In this document: positions 63,851 through 64,000 of the stretch, in pieces
Position numbering within the stretch: position 1 is the first letter of the stretch
Layout of the letters: every line of letters starts with the position of its first letter
Assembly: GCF_902713615.1 (NCBI RefSeq)
Contig: NC_052167.1
Coordinates: forward strand, 5,521,203 to 5,585,202
Source of the DNA: Scyliorhinus canicula
Taxonomy: Eukaryota
DNA: 64,000 nt
Reading direction: 5' to 3'
The notes under the pieces: generated by a model
Told to the model about the DNA's origin: nothing
The model's database searches: none
The model's input: the letters and a program-made list of their open reading frames with translations, nothing else
Made by a program: the position numbers and the translations under genes

Positions 63851-64000
63851 GTTTAAAACAGGGTTGAGGAGAAACCACTTCTTCCAAAGGGTTGTGAATC
63901 GGTGGAATTCGCTACCCCAGAATGCAGTGGATGCCGGGACAGTGAGTAACTTTAAGGAGGAGTTAGACAGTTTTTTAATTGGTAATGGGTTGAAAGGTTA
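63851..64000 (+). mobile_element. CR1 LINE 3' fragment (runs off window)
   Basis: FKTGLRRNHFFQRVVNRWNSLPQNAVDAGTV..FKEELD. Confidence 0.8.

Noticed and set aside
1-64000. CRISPR arrays, operons or prokaryotic systems
   Set aside because: Vertebrate repeat landscape; no regularly spaced repeat-spacer array seen

Overview
Eukaryotic, repeat-dense, essentially non-coding DNA. The SINE/LINE complement (HE1-type V-SINEs with CR1/HER1 tails, Deu-domain SINEs, CR1, Rex1/Babar, L1, L2, Penelope) points to a cartilaginous fish, probably a shark. That assignment is an inference from recalled repeat families, not a database search. No intact, recognisable protein-coding gene was found, and nearly all ORFs in the track are repeat-derived or chance. 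Reading by eye resolves: many tRNA-derived SINEs, several LINE 3' fragments, a Gypsy remnant, four or five solo LTRs, a decayed hAT transposase, and a large family of GC-rich PIF/Harbinger MITEs with 3-bp TSDs, including one longer relative carrying a Myb/SANT gene relic. The most unusual item is a full-length but strongly diverged U2 snRNA-like sequence (55446-55642, minus). It keeps U2 stems by compensatory changes but has a rewritten branch-point recognition region, and it appears retroposed together with a tRNA-SINE inside one TSD pair, so it is a candidate U2-variant or SINEU-like system. Also notable are an intact-looking Penelope minimal hammerhead ribozyme (43698-43738), a four-layer nested TE stack (54120-58889), and a chain of plus-strand candidate exons that splices in frame into a hAT transposase N-terminus. 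Boundaries not anchored by a stated TSD/TIR are approximate.
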